64,000 bases of DNA from positions 38,990 to 102,989 of the IMG/VR virus record IMGVR_UViG_3300023179_000046. One strand, 5' to 3'. The notes under the pieces were generated by a model. The model ran no database searches. It was given only the letters and a program-made list of their open reading frames with translations, and was not told the DNA's origin. Every line of letters starts with the position of its first letter. The first letter of the stretch is position 1. The stretch is from a virus. Both the position numbers and the translations under genes were made by a program. Below are positions 20,332 to 29,040 of the stretch, one piece after another.

Positions 20332-20566
20332 AGCGAACATGCAGCAGCACCCCCCGGCTCACGCCGGGGGGAGTTGTTGTCAAATTGTTACCTAAAAGTA
20401 CTTGACAAAATTTTTTTGCGGGCAAGTACTTGACCGCGCGAAGCGCGGCTGTCAAGTACTTTACGGTGTGTATTACGACACACATTTTTTAGCACAAAAA
20501 TGTATTGACCTTGGGGTCGGGGGATGCTAAGGTTTACCTACAACGACAGAGAGGGAGGTACAGGAT

Positions 20567-20764
20567 ATGGTTGTTACTATTCAGGCACCGTCATCTGCCG
20601 CACAGAAGCGTGCTTTTAGTCAGTGTATGATTATGGGTTTGGAAGCGACTGTTTTGGAGGACAATTGTATTGATTTGGTTGTTCAGCAGTTGTGGAAGGC
20701 TAAGCATGTTGCTGGTATGGTTGATGGTGAGATTGTTGCGGTTCATGACCGGGTTAAGATTTAG
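20567..20764 (+). CDS. Hypothetical protein
   Basis: TTGACC-N17-TAAGGT promoter at ~20505 and RBS GGAGG. Confidence 0.75.
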   Translation: MVVTIQAPSSAAQKRAFSQCMIMGLEATVLEDNCIDLVVQQLWKAKHVAGMVDGEIVAVHDRVKI

Positions 20765-20957
20765 GAGTTTGTATGGCTGACAGTAATGATGCGCGTGCGA
20801 TTCAGATTTTTACTCAGGCTTGGAATAGTGGTTATGATGACGCTATTGCTGAGGTTATTGATTATTTATCTTCATTGTATGATATGACTAATAGTTTTGC
20901 GGAAAAGCAGTTGATTGATTCTATTATTGCCAATTTTGAGTCTAACTAAGGAGTATT

Positions 20958-21122
20958 ATGTCTAACATTGTTTCTACCCCCGCCGTTGTTGTTTCTACTG
21001 AGGTTTGGTCTACCAAGCACGGTAAGGTGACGAAGGCTGTTGTTCGCACCCCGTCCGGTACGTTCCTTGGTGCTACTAATCAGACTGCGGCGATTGCGCC
21101 GATGATTGTAGGTCGCCGCTAG
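20958..21122 (+). CDS. 54-aa protein missed by the ORF track, paralog of 14544..14702
   Basis: RBS AAGGAG; STEVWSTKHGKVTKAVVRTPSGTFLGATNQTAAIAP. Confidence 0.85.
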   Translation: MSNIVSTPAVVVSTEVWSTKHGKVTKAVVRTPSGTFLGATNQTAAIAPMIVGRR

Positions 21123-21134
21123 ATTTAAGTCATT

Positions 21135-21160
21135 AGGGGGAGGCTGAGCCTCCCCCTTTT
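21135..21160 (+). terminator. Intrinsic terminator
   Basis: AGGGGGAGGC-TGA-GCCTCCCCCT followed by TTT. Confidence 0.8.
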
Positions 21161-21167
21161 GGCGTGC

Positions 21168-21249
21168 GCGGGTGTGGCGGAATTGGCACACGCAGCAAAC
21201 TTAAAATTTGCCACCGAAAGGTATACGGGTTCAACTCCCGTCACCCGCA
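21168..21249 (+). tRNA. tRNA-Leu(TAA)
   Basis: Acceptor GCGGGTG/CACCCGC, D loop GGAATTGG, anticodon arm GCAAA-CTTAAAA-TTTGC, variable arm, GGTTCAACTCC. Confidence 0.92.
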
Positions 21250-21273
21250 CGCTAGTTTAGTTTAAGGAGAGAT

Positions 21274-21489
21274 ATGCCTAAATGTTTTGATTGTAATAAT
21301 GTTACAATGTTTGAATTTTCTACTACACAATGGGATACAGTTTACTTTGACCCCGAGGGATTTATCGTTGACACCAAGAGGCTCTATAAGGTAGACTCAT
21401 TCCTACCGCCCACCTGTGGGCGGTGTGAAAGTACGAATATTGATGCCACATTCCTTGATGCTGCACTATTGGAGGTAGAAGATGAATGA
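21274..21489 (+). CDS. Hypothetical protein with two CxxC motifs
   Basis: RBS AAGGAG. Confidence 0.75.
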   Translation: MPKCFDCNNVTMFEFSTTQWDTVYFDPEGFIVDTKRLYKVDSFLPPTCGRCESTNIDATFLDAALLEVEDE

Positions 21490-21826
21490 TAGGGACTTCC
21501 TAAGGAGTTTAGGTTTTGTTGTTGGTGAGCGTGGTCGTTTCTCTAAGGAGATGGTGGCTGCCCTAGCATCTCGCAATTCTAAGACTGAGACATCTACCAA
21601 GTTTGACAAGATTGATGAGGCGGGACTTCCTGAGAAACTAAAGCGAACACCTGTCAGGGAAGCCGAACAACTATATGGCTATGACAAGTATGGTCACAAG
21701 ATTGCTTTCGTACTTTGTAATTCATGTAATCAGCATATGATTTGGTGTACCTGCAAGGCAGGTATTCTCGCCCCGTCCCATATTATTCGTAGCGAAAACC
21801 CCCTAGTCACTGTCCGTGCGGCATGA
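21482..21826 (+). CDS. Hypothetical protein, Lsr2-DNA-binding-like N-terminus
   Basis: R.FLRS.GFVVGERGRFS resembles the Lsr2 RGR motif; C-terminal Cys cluster. Confidence 0.55.
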   Translation: MNDRDFLRSLGFVVGERGRFSKEMVAALASRNSKTETSTKFDKIDEAGLPEKLKRTPVREAEQLYGYDKYGHKIAFVLCNSCNQHMIWCTCKAGILAPSHIIRSENPLVTVRAA

Positions 21827-21859
21827 TACTATTAGACACCATCGACACTAGGAGGCAGT

Positions 21860-22192
21860 ATGGCTAGGACCACGGAAGATAAGGTAGCCAAGTATCTGAT
21901 TGACGGATGCGCGGATTCTCGTCTCAACGAGGTTGCGTTGGCTCACACTATGGGGAGGCAGGCGTATGACGTACAGGCGCGGTTCTGGAACACTCTGGTT
22001 TCTTACATTTACTTTCATGCTCACAATTATGAGCATGGTCTATTTGACGAAGGTACATATGAGATTGCTAGATTGTCTAAGAAGATCAAGGACTTAGCGT
22101 TTGCTGATGAGCGTAAGTATTCCTCTGATCCCGTTCATGAACGGTATGGAGATTTTGAGTTGCAAGATGGTCAATTGCGTCAAGGGTTTTAA
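21860..22192 (+). CDS. Hypothetical protein
   Basis: RBS AGGAGG; promoter variant at 21811. Confidence 0.75.
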   Translation: MARTTEDKVAKYLIDGCADSRLNEVALAHTMGRQAYDVQARFWNTLVSYIYFHAHNYEHGLFDEGTYEIARLSKKIKDLAFADERKYSSDPVHERYGDFELQDGQLRQGF

Positions 22193-22352
22193 TATGAGTT
22201 TAATTTTAGATTATATTTCTGTGCCTTGTGATGCTTGCGGGGCGGAAGTTGGAGAAATTTGTCGTCCCCATTGTATAGGTATAGTAAAATACTATGAGGT
22301 AGATACGCTATCAGACTAATCAGTCAAGTGTTATAAAGAATTACATCTACCT

Positions 22353-22383
22353 AGGGCGGGAGTTTTTAACTCCCGCCCTTTTA
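22353..22383 (+). terminator. Intrinsic terminator ending the plus-strand region
   Basis: AGGGCGGGAGTT...AACTCCCGCCCT followed by TTT. Confidence 0.8.
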
Positions 22384-22802
22384 GTTTGCCTAAGTACTTG
22401 ACACGGCCCGCTGGCGCGGGCAAGTACTTGACCTCACATATTTTTTTTGTCTAGACCTTTACGATGGGTTGTTTTTAGCACATTTTTGGCATGTTTTTAT
22501 AGTTATGCAAGTAAGCATACTCTCATGTTTTTCTATTTTTATAGACATTACGATGATTTGATTTTGGCACTGTTATGAGGGTACAAAAAAAACTCATGTT
22601 ATGGGATTCCATAGCATGAGTTTGCATGCGTTTACGTATGCAAGCACGCCAAAGGCGTGTATATACTTTGTTTTAGCAAGAGAATATAGTTTGTATTAAG
22701 GTTTAATGGTTAACTCTTAATATGGGGCGGGTATATCTAGGGTTATCCCCCTTGTATATCTATAGGGATATACATATCATGCATCCCGCCCAATATATGC
22801 AT

Positions 22803-22890
22803 AAACTACGGATTTCGTTGTCTACCCCTAGAGCAAAACCATAATATCCGTTGTCTAACCCCCTTAAAACTACGGATTCCGTTGTTTAGG
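22803..22890. repeat. Three iteron-like direct repeats in a long non-coding stretch
   Basis: AAACTACGGATTTCGTTGTCTA, AAACCATAATATCCGTTGTCTA, AAACTACGGATTCCGTTGTTTA at ~32-bp period. Confidence 0.75.
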
Positions 22891-23303
22891 CTGCCTAGAA
22901 CAACAATTTATACCCTAAAATGCTTACCAAAATAGGGTTAAAACGAGGCAGAATTGCTTAAAAAGCAACAAAAACCACCCAAAACCACCCAAAAATGCTC
23001 AAAAAACAACAAAAATGGCTAAACAATAAAATTTACTGTCTAAAGGGCATATCACAGGAAAATTTACGGAAAATAGGGTCAAATTCAGGAAAAAAAAGGG
23101 TTTACGGGGGATATGTAACTAAGTTAATTACATAAATTTCTCTTTAACATTCGTATGTGTGTGTTTTTTTGGTTTGATGTGGCGTTTTATGCATGTGTTT
23201 GCATATTTATGCGTTTGTTTGCATACGTTTGTAGTCATTATTCATTTGTATTCGTTTGTTTGCATTGGTTTGGCACGCCTTTGGCGTGCATTGTATTCGT
23301 TTA

Positions 23304-23924
23304 TCAGTAAATACGAAATGTTTTCTGGGTGGGGATTGGCGTTTTCTGAGTGGGGATTGGTCCAACATAGTTCTTACTTTCAATATAGTCTTTACTCTGC
23401 TTTAATAGTTTGATTTCTTGGATTAGGGTTTCTAGTTCTCTCTCAGTCTCCCGCCCGATTCGCTTACGCTCATTCAAACTTTCATTAAGACGAGCAATCT
23501 CAACAGCCAAAACCGCATTATGTTCCTTAGCAGTCTTTAATTGCAGAGCCAACACTTCCTCCTTAGTGACAGTTTTATAAGGGTCAGAGGGATCAGATGA
23601 GGATTCTAGTTCCTCCCACAAATCCCCCGCCGCGATAGAATACTGCTTATACTTCTCAGTCTTGTTAGACATAAAAATATATTCTTCATAAATCATCTTG
23701 TTAATGATTCTCAAAGCATCCTTAGTCTGATAGGTGCCACTCCAAACTCCCTCAGAGTCTAGAAAGGTTCTCGGTACATTAATTCCTAGACTGCGTGCCG
23801 CCCTGTCAATATCATCCTCCTGAAAAAACAAAGCATCTTCCACACTATAAAGAAAATCAGCAATCATAGAATCACTAATCTCCTTGTTAGCGGCAAGAGC
23901 AACTAATCTCTCCTTAAATTCCAT
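23304..23924 (-). CDS. Hypothetical protein
   Basis: 206 aa ORF, coupled to the upstream gene. Confidence 0.7.
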   Translation of the reverse strand: MEFKERLVALAANKEISDSMIADFLYSVEDALFFQEDDIDRAARSLGINVPRTFLDSEGVWSGTYQTKDALRIINKMIYEEYIFMSNKTEKYKQYSIAAGDLWEELESSSDPSDPYKTVTKEEVLALQLKTAKEHNAVLAVEIARLNESLNERKRIGRETERELETLIQEIKLLKQSKDYIESKNYVGPIPTQKTPIPTQKTFRIY

Positions 23925-24406
23925 TACTTCCCTCCCTGTTTAATCGCATTACGCAAACAATCCATCAAACTAACAGTCTCATATGCCTTAAGAATTGTAA
24001 TGGGTCCATGATTTCTAATCAAGTCCTCCCAATAAAGAGACTCACGAAATCCCGGCCTAGTAGATGTAAAGTATTCATTGGATCTTTTCATTGGCACGCC
24101 GCCCCTACGCCACAACGTACCATCGAATGTGACAACAGCAAGCACGTCATCGCCATAGGGAAAAACTAATTCAGGAGCGCGCTCAACTACACGAACATGA
24201 GTAAGCCAAGGAGGGGCCATTCCCTGATCGAAAAGTTGCCAACTCTGACCCATGAAGTTAAGGGTTGCCATTTTATATGGCAACTCATTTTCCACCACAT
24301 GGACATCTCCAGTAACAATAATTTTACTTTTACCGTGGGACCAATGAGCCTCAATGGTATCCCCGTCGCGCAGCGAACGAAGAACGTCTAACAAATCATC
24401 AGACAT
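23924..24406 (-). CDS. Hypothetical protein
   Basis: Coupled ORF. Confidence 0.75.
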   Translation of the reverse strand: MSDDLLDVLRSLRDGDTIEAHWSHGKSKIIVTGDVHVVENELPYKMATLNFMGQSWQLFDQGMAPPWLTHVRVVERAPELVFPYGDDVLAVVTFDGTLWRRGGVPMKRSNEYFTSTRPGFRESLYWEDLIRNHGPITILKAYETVSLMDCLRNAIKQGGK

Positions 24407-24936
24407 TACTTCTGTCCCTCCATAGTCATTTCAAACAACCTTGTCTGAGCAAGAAGTCTCACACCAAGATCCTCGTTGTTCAATTGCTCCTTAACGACCC
24501 ATAGAGGCACATTAGGGGCGTATAGAATTCCCGTAAGCATATCTGCGTTGAGGGTTTTGTAGAAGGCGTACAGAGCCTCTGCATCGGACGATACGGGGTC
24601 GGTAGTTGATGCCTGCTTCTCCGCTGCCTGCGCCTCCGCTGCCCTCTGCTTTTCAAGTACTCCTGCCATATATTCAATGTAATCCATATCATTTTCACAC
24701 TCTCGTTCAAAGGAACGAAAACAATCCTGCTTAGCCTCAATGATGTAACGGAGAATGTCGATAGATTCTTCGGGAGTAAAGCAACGCACTCCATCCCAAG
24801 CAATATCCAATTCAGAAACCCAAACCTTAAAGGCGGCGTGGCTAATGGGAAACAGGGGATCATTCACCTGTGCAATCAGTGCATCCATAGTCATAGGATA
24901 GAAAACAGGGTTTGCATCTCTCTTATTCAGTATCAT
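24406..24936 (-). CDS. Hypothetical protein
   Basis: RBS AAGGAG; upstream TTGACC...TAAAGT promoter. Confidence 0.75.
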   Translation of the reverse strand: MILNKRDANPVFYPMTMDALIAQVNDPLFPISHAAFKVWVSELDIAWDGVRCFTPEESIDILRYIIEAKQDCFRSFERECENDMDYIEYMAGVLEKQRAAEAQAAEKQASTTDPVSSDAEALYAFYKTLNADMLTGILYAPNVPLWVVKEQLNNEDLGVRLLAQTRLFEMTMEGQK

Positions 24937-25065
24937 TGATATCTCCTTCTTGTTGAGGTTGTAGGTGCTACTTTAGCATCCCGCCCCATATAGGGTCAAG
25001 AGTTTTTAAGAGCCAGCAGGGGCGGTATTTCTACCGCCCCTGCCAACACATACTAACTATAAATA

Positions 25066-25980
25066 CTACTCCTGCTCGTCCTCGTCATGGCAGTAGCACT
25101 CATCAACGAAGTAGTGGCAGACATCGCAAGCCACGTCATCCTCAAACAAAGAGTCATAAGGATTAGCATTAGACTCAGAACCATAACCTAGATCAACAGC
25201 GACCTCCTTGACCTCAGCAGAAACTACCTTGTAACGGCAGCACCGAATCTTTTGAGAATCACAATCAGAGGGAACAGATACAACGTCCCTAGGGTTAATT
25301 TCAACCATGAGGATAGTATCGCCTGAGAACGCCTTAGCGTAATCGTAGGTGCCAGCGTGCAGGCCACGCCCACAACCGACCTCAGGGGTGCTAGAAATGT
25401 CACTACGGGGCATTGTGACAACGCTATTTACACTCTGTGGAATGTTGCCGTTGTAAACAGTACCGTCCACCACAGCATTACCCTGACTAATAGAAATGTA
25501 ATCAAAGTTTTCCAGATCAGAAGTCTGGACAGACTTATAGGCGAGGAAGTTACCCTCAGGGGTTACAACAAATTCACGATTGCGAAGCCAGTTGTAAAGT
25601 TGCTCACGGCTATGAGCGTTAGGGTTGTCATACAACTTCTCCATAAACTTGACAAGAGATTGCCAGTCATCCCGCCCAGATCGCATGTAGGCGAAAGCCT
25701 GATTAGTTAGAATGTTGTCAACAAGGTCACCATCAAAGTAGAAGTTGCCATTGGCAAACGAGACGCGCTCCGAAATGTTCTCAAATTGCTTAACAAATTC
25801 GCGGGCGTAGTCAAACAAACTAACAATGTAGGTGTCTGAGAAGTCATACAGACTGTTATTCTCTAGAGCATCAACGATCTTAAGAAAGTTGGGGTGTGAC
25901 CCTTCGGCCACATACAAATTACCGTTAAGGATAGCGGAGACGGTCGCTGTGCCGTCCTTGCCTGTGACACGAAACTTCAT
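25066..25980 (-). CDS. rIIB: RIIB-like protein
   Basis: NPNAHSREQLY.WL, G.FLAYKSV, CGRGLHAG, INPRDVVSVPSD...KIRCCRY. Confidence 0.92.
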   Translation of the reverse strand: MKFRVTGKDGTATVSAILNGNLYVAEGSHPNFLKIVDALENNSLYDFSDTYIVSLFDYAREFVKQFENISERVSFANGNFYFDGDLVDNILTNQAFAYMRSGRDDWQSLVKFMEKLYDNPNAHSREQLYNWLRNREFVVTPEGNFLAYKSVQTSDLENFDYISISQGNAVVDGTVYNGNIPQSVNSVVTMPRSDISSTPEVGCGRGLHAGTYDYAKAFSGDTILMVEINPRDVVSVPSDCDSQKIRCCRYKVVSAEVKEVAVDLGYGSESNANPYDSLFEDDVACDVCHYFVDECYCHDEDEQE

Positions 25981-28010
25981 CAGATAGTCCCTTCGTAGAA
26001 GAAGTTGAGGTATTGATAGATGTGGTCATGAGTAGCGGCAGGGATGGTTACCTTGACGCTGTTGTGACGCGATACTGAGTCTACAGTAATCATGGGGTAT
26101 TTCGCAAGAGTGTTTTGGACATAAGAAATGTCGTCATCGTTAGTCAAGTCAGACAAACTAGTCTGACGCACAATGGCAGCGTACTGGTTGCCATAGAATG
26201 ACTGCCACTTAGAGTCCAGAGCGGCACGACAATCAGCGATAAGGGTACGAACGTCAGGATCGTTAACCTTAGTCTCATCCCACTTAGCCATATCGCGCAT
26301 GGCAAGAGCATCTAAACGAGAATAGAGAACGTCATGCTTAGTGCGATGAGCAATAATTACAGTAGCAACTTTGCGAATCTCTGGGAGATAGTTGGGAACG
26401 TTGGGGTAGTTACGCACAAACTTGTCAATCTGATTAGCATTGACAATAACAAAGTTGTGACTAGGGAGCATGGAACGGAGACGACTCAACGAATGGTCAC
26501 GCTGCTCGTCAAGAGAGCCACGGTGATAGCCAGCCAAACTAAGGAAGTCAGCGGTAGAAATCCAAACAGTATTACCCTCGTTAGGCACATCTTGTCGCTG
26601 AATGCCACTCTTACCATTAATTACATATGCATTGTATTGGTTGGGGATAAGGTTAGGATTCTTGCGAGACGGAGACTTAGAATAGGGTGTGGCAGCCTTT
26701 AGTGCATCCCAAGACACAATCTTGCATTCGGAAAGGAACGGGTCGGTAACGTCATCCTTAGTAATAAAGATACCGTTAGGCTCAATACCCTGATTCTCAA
26801 TGTAGAGAGCAATACGGTCACGAATGGCAGCGTCAGTCTGCGAAAGGCCAGTAATGAAAAGGCCACCAACGCTGGTGTGAGTAACAGAAGTTCGCTTCTG
26901 GTGGTGACGGTTACCCCTCTTGTCTAGGAACAATTCAAGGCCATCGAAGTTTACAACCTGTGGGACAATGCTGCCTCTGTAAGTAAACTTAGAGTCAGTG
27001 ATAGACTTCTGCTTGAAGATACCCCGCCACTGGTTGAGCAAGAACCAAGCATCACCAAAAGACTCTGCGCTACTAATCAAGTTCTGAATCGCAGACAGCG
27101 ACAATGCATCAGCCTGAGCAACGACACGATCAAGAGTGCGCTTAGTCAAGTTAGTCATGTGCAAAGACTCGCGGGACGGCGTGAAGTTAACCTCACCCAT
27201 CTTAGCAAAGTAGATAACACTCCATGACGAGTAGTAACTACTAGAGTCAAGGTTGTTAAATACGTGGTCGCTGCCACGTCCACGGTCAACATGAGAATAG
27301 GCAACGTTACCCATGACAATCTTGTGAGTGTCAGAGCGGGAAAGGTAGAGGTCGTCAGACAACTTGATGACGCCCTTGCCAGACAGGAAAGACTTAGGCT
27401 GCTCGCCGTTAACTAAAACAGAATCAGCAGGCCAGTAAGAATAGAATTCAGCAGACTTGTCGGAGAACGAGGTAACGTCACGGAGGTTAACGGGAATTGT
27501 AATCTCTACACCGTTAGGCAGAGTGGTGGAGGCGGTATCAATAATCTCCATCTGTCCCGCCCCTGAATCAGAACGAGAAACCACAACAGAAACCTTGACG
27601 CCGTTCTTGACAGAAGAAACAAGGAATTGGTCAGCATAAGTCAAACCTGACTTGCATCCCAAACCAAGCATACCCGACTGAGTGTTGTCGTCACGCTTAG
27701 TTGATGCACCATACTGAGAGTAAATGTTTACAATGTCATCGACAGACAGGCCTAGCCCGTAGTCCTTGACAATAAAGTTAGCGTTAAGCGGGCTAGGCAG
27801 AGTGACCTCAATGGGGCGAGTCTGACCCGAAGCAACGTGACTGTCGTAAGCGTTGGTGCTGTACTCACGAATGACAGCCTGAATGGGGTCAGAGTAAAGG
27901 TCAGTAAGCACTGACATAATGTGTTCCATCGAAGCGGCATCGACGGACATAGCAACCTTAGAACCGCCAAGGTCACCACGGGACTGAATGTTAGACTTAG
28001 TTGGCTGCAC
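25980..28010 (-). CDS. rIIA: RIIA-like protein (GHKL ATPase N-terminus)
   Basis: LYSDPIQAVIREYSTNAYDSH, DYGLGLS, GASTK, GMLGLGCKS. Confidence 0.92.
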   Translation of the reverse strand: MQPTKSNIQSRGDLGGSKVAMSVDAASMEHIMSVLTDLYSDPIQAVIREYSTNAYDSHVASGQTRPIEVTLPSPLNANFIVKDYGLGLSVDDIVNIYSQYGASTKRDDNTQSGMLGLGCKSGLTYADQFLVSSVKNGVKVSVVVSRSDSGAGQMEIIDTASTTLPNGVEITIPVNLRDVTSFSDKSAEFYSYWPADSVLVNGEQPKSFLSGKGVIKLSDDLYLSRSDTHKIVMGNVAYSHVDRGRGSDHVFNNLDSSSYYSSWSVIYFAKMGEVNFTPSRESLHMTNLTKRTLDRVVAQADALSLSAIQNLISSAESFGDAWFLLNQWRGIFKQKSITDSKFTYRGSIVPQVVNFDGLELFLDKRGNRHHQKRTSVTHTSVGGLFITGLSQTDAAIRDRIALYIENQGIEPNGIFITKDDVTDPFLSECKIVSWDALKAATPYSKSPSRKNPNLIPNQYNAYVINGKSGIQRQDVPNEGNTVWISTADFLSLAGYHRGSLDEQRDHSLSRLRSMLPSHNFVIVNANQIDKFVRNYPNVPNYLPEIRKVATVIIAHRTKHDVLYSRLDALAMRDMAKWDETKVNDPDVRTLIADCRAALDSKWQSFYGNQYAAIVRQTSLSDLTNDDDISYVQNTLAKYPMITVDSVSRHNSVKVTIPAATHDHIYQYLNFFYEGTI

Positions 28011-28512
28011 TGGACTTCCTCTCGCTTGTGGGTTGGATGATTAGCGTAACATACCAAGGGGTAGAATGAAATACCTTTCCACCAAGTTCCTGCTGCCAAT
28101 CTGCGGCAGACTTAGTTGACTGGAAGGTGCCCTTCGACGTGACCACACCATCAAGATGCGGTACTCCGTCTACCTTATCGGTACGGAGGGTAATAAAGCA
28201 AGTGTTTCCTAGAGAAAGAATCTTCTCCAACTCAGCCGCCCGCTCAGCAGGCGGCAGGACGTTAAGAACATAGTTACTAATAACTACATCGAAGGAGTGA
28301 TCCGGCAGCACCCGACGTTCCTCAAACTTGCTATAAGGATCGTATGCGGTAACCTCTAGACAGTTTTCACGCATCAGGCTAGTGTCGGCATACGCCTTGC
28401 CCTCACCGTGATGCAGAACGTACATGCCCTGCAAGTCAATCTTGTTAAGGATACGGCGGGTAGGGGCAGAGCAAGCCTTACGACTGATCTGCGTAGCAGC
28501 ACTCTTGAACAT
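27997..28512 (-). CDS. Class I SAM-dependent methyltransferase-like protein
   Basis: VLHHGEGK, AYDPY, FDVVISNYVLNVL. Confidence 0.7.
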   Translation of the reverse strand: MFKSAATQISRKACSAPTRRILNKIDLQGMYVLHHGEGKAYADTSLMRENCLEVTAYDPYSKFEERRVLPDHSFDVVISNYVLNVLPPAERAAELEKILSLGNTCFITLRTDKVDGVPHLDGVVTSKGTFQSTKSAADWQQELGGKVFHSTPWYVTLIIQPTSERKSSAAN

Positions 28513-28682
28513 CTTGCCTCCCTGTTGTCGTCGTTGTGAGAGCAACTTTACCGTGTGGAGGCATAGGAGTCAATACTTTTTTGACACCATGTTTCAGGGG
28601 CTGAGAAAGTAAATAAACATACCCATAGTCAACGCGAGGATGAGGATGGACCCAATCACGTCACCCAAAATAGTTACTCATC

Positions 28683-28955
28683 TTAGAGGTAGCCATGATG
28701 TTGTTCCCAATCATTAACAAATCCTTCACCAGACTGAATCTCGTCAACGTGTGTGCTTAAATCGCGGGATGGCTTATAGTTCTTCACGATGCCTAAATAG
28801 TCATCTAAAGATATGACCTCATCAGCATCAAACTTGGCAAGAATATCGTTGCCAAACTTGACAATGACTTCCTCTTTAAAAGTAGTTTTATTTTCAGACA
28901 CTTTTAAAATTACAACTTCTAGAAATGCTTTTTGACCTTTACGAAAGACGCTCAT
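28683..28955 (-). CDS. Hypothetical protein
   Basis: ORF in the operon direction. Confidence 0.65.
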   Translation of the reverse strand: MSVFRKGQKAFLEVVILKVSENKTTFKEEVIVKFGNDILAKFDADEVISLDDYLGIVKNYKPSRDLSTHVDEIQSGEGFVNDWEQHHGYL

Positions 28956-29040
28956 TTACACTGTTTCCAATCTCATTTTAACCTTTACGAAGGAACTCAT
29001 TAACACTGTTATAGGTAACAATAATAGCATAAGGTTAAGT

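Larger units (their letters stand above)
10481..20482. promoter_or_regulatory. CRP/GlxR-like boxes TGTGA-N6-(T)CACA
   Basis: Perfect TGTGATGTAGGTCACA at 11885; near matches at 10481, 14088, 14436, 14990, 17345, 18304, 19205, 20467. Confidence 0.6.
10546..21832 (+). promoter_or_regulatory. Repeated TGTCRG-N10-TANNNT promoters (PafBC/RecA-NDp-type)
   Basis: Exact spacing at 10546, 10820, 11950, 12202, 12873, 13239, 14132, 14480, 15022, 16067, 19260 and variant TGTCCG at 21811; each precedes an RBS/start. Confidence 0.85.
10426..22463. repeat. Dispersed ~60-90 bp palindromic element, 12 clear copies plus 1 degenerate
   Basis: Core GCGGG(C/T)AAGTACTTGCCCGC or close variant at 11714, 12793, 13102, 14041, 14389, 14943, 15965, 17297, 18256, 19156, 20418, 22416; flanked by TTGAC/TTGCC and TGTCAA at ~12 bp, then TTACG; degenerate copy at ~10430-10496. 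Confidence 0.95.

Noticed and set aside
19340-20340. Several ORFs overlapping the DUF932 gene
   Set aside because: Shadow frames of a strongly codon-biased gene.
11714-22435. Core palindrome as a LexA SOS box or plain terminator
   Set aside because: It does not match the actinobacterial TCGAAC-N4-GTTCGA consensus; most copies lack a U-tract, and some are preceded by separate terminator hairpins.
10426-22463. Repeats as a CRISPR array
   Set aside because: Intervals are 0.3-2 kb, contain genes and vary widely; there is no cas operon. The Cas4-like gene lies in the recombination operon, as is usual for such phages.
23159-23413. 84-aa hydrophobic ORF
   Set aside because: Arises from G/T-rich low-complexity sequence, is antisense to the neighbouring gene and has no RBS.
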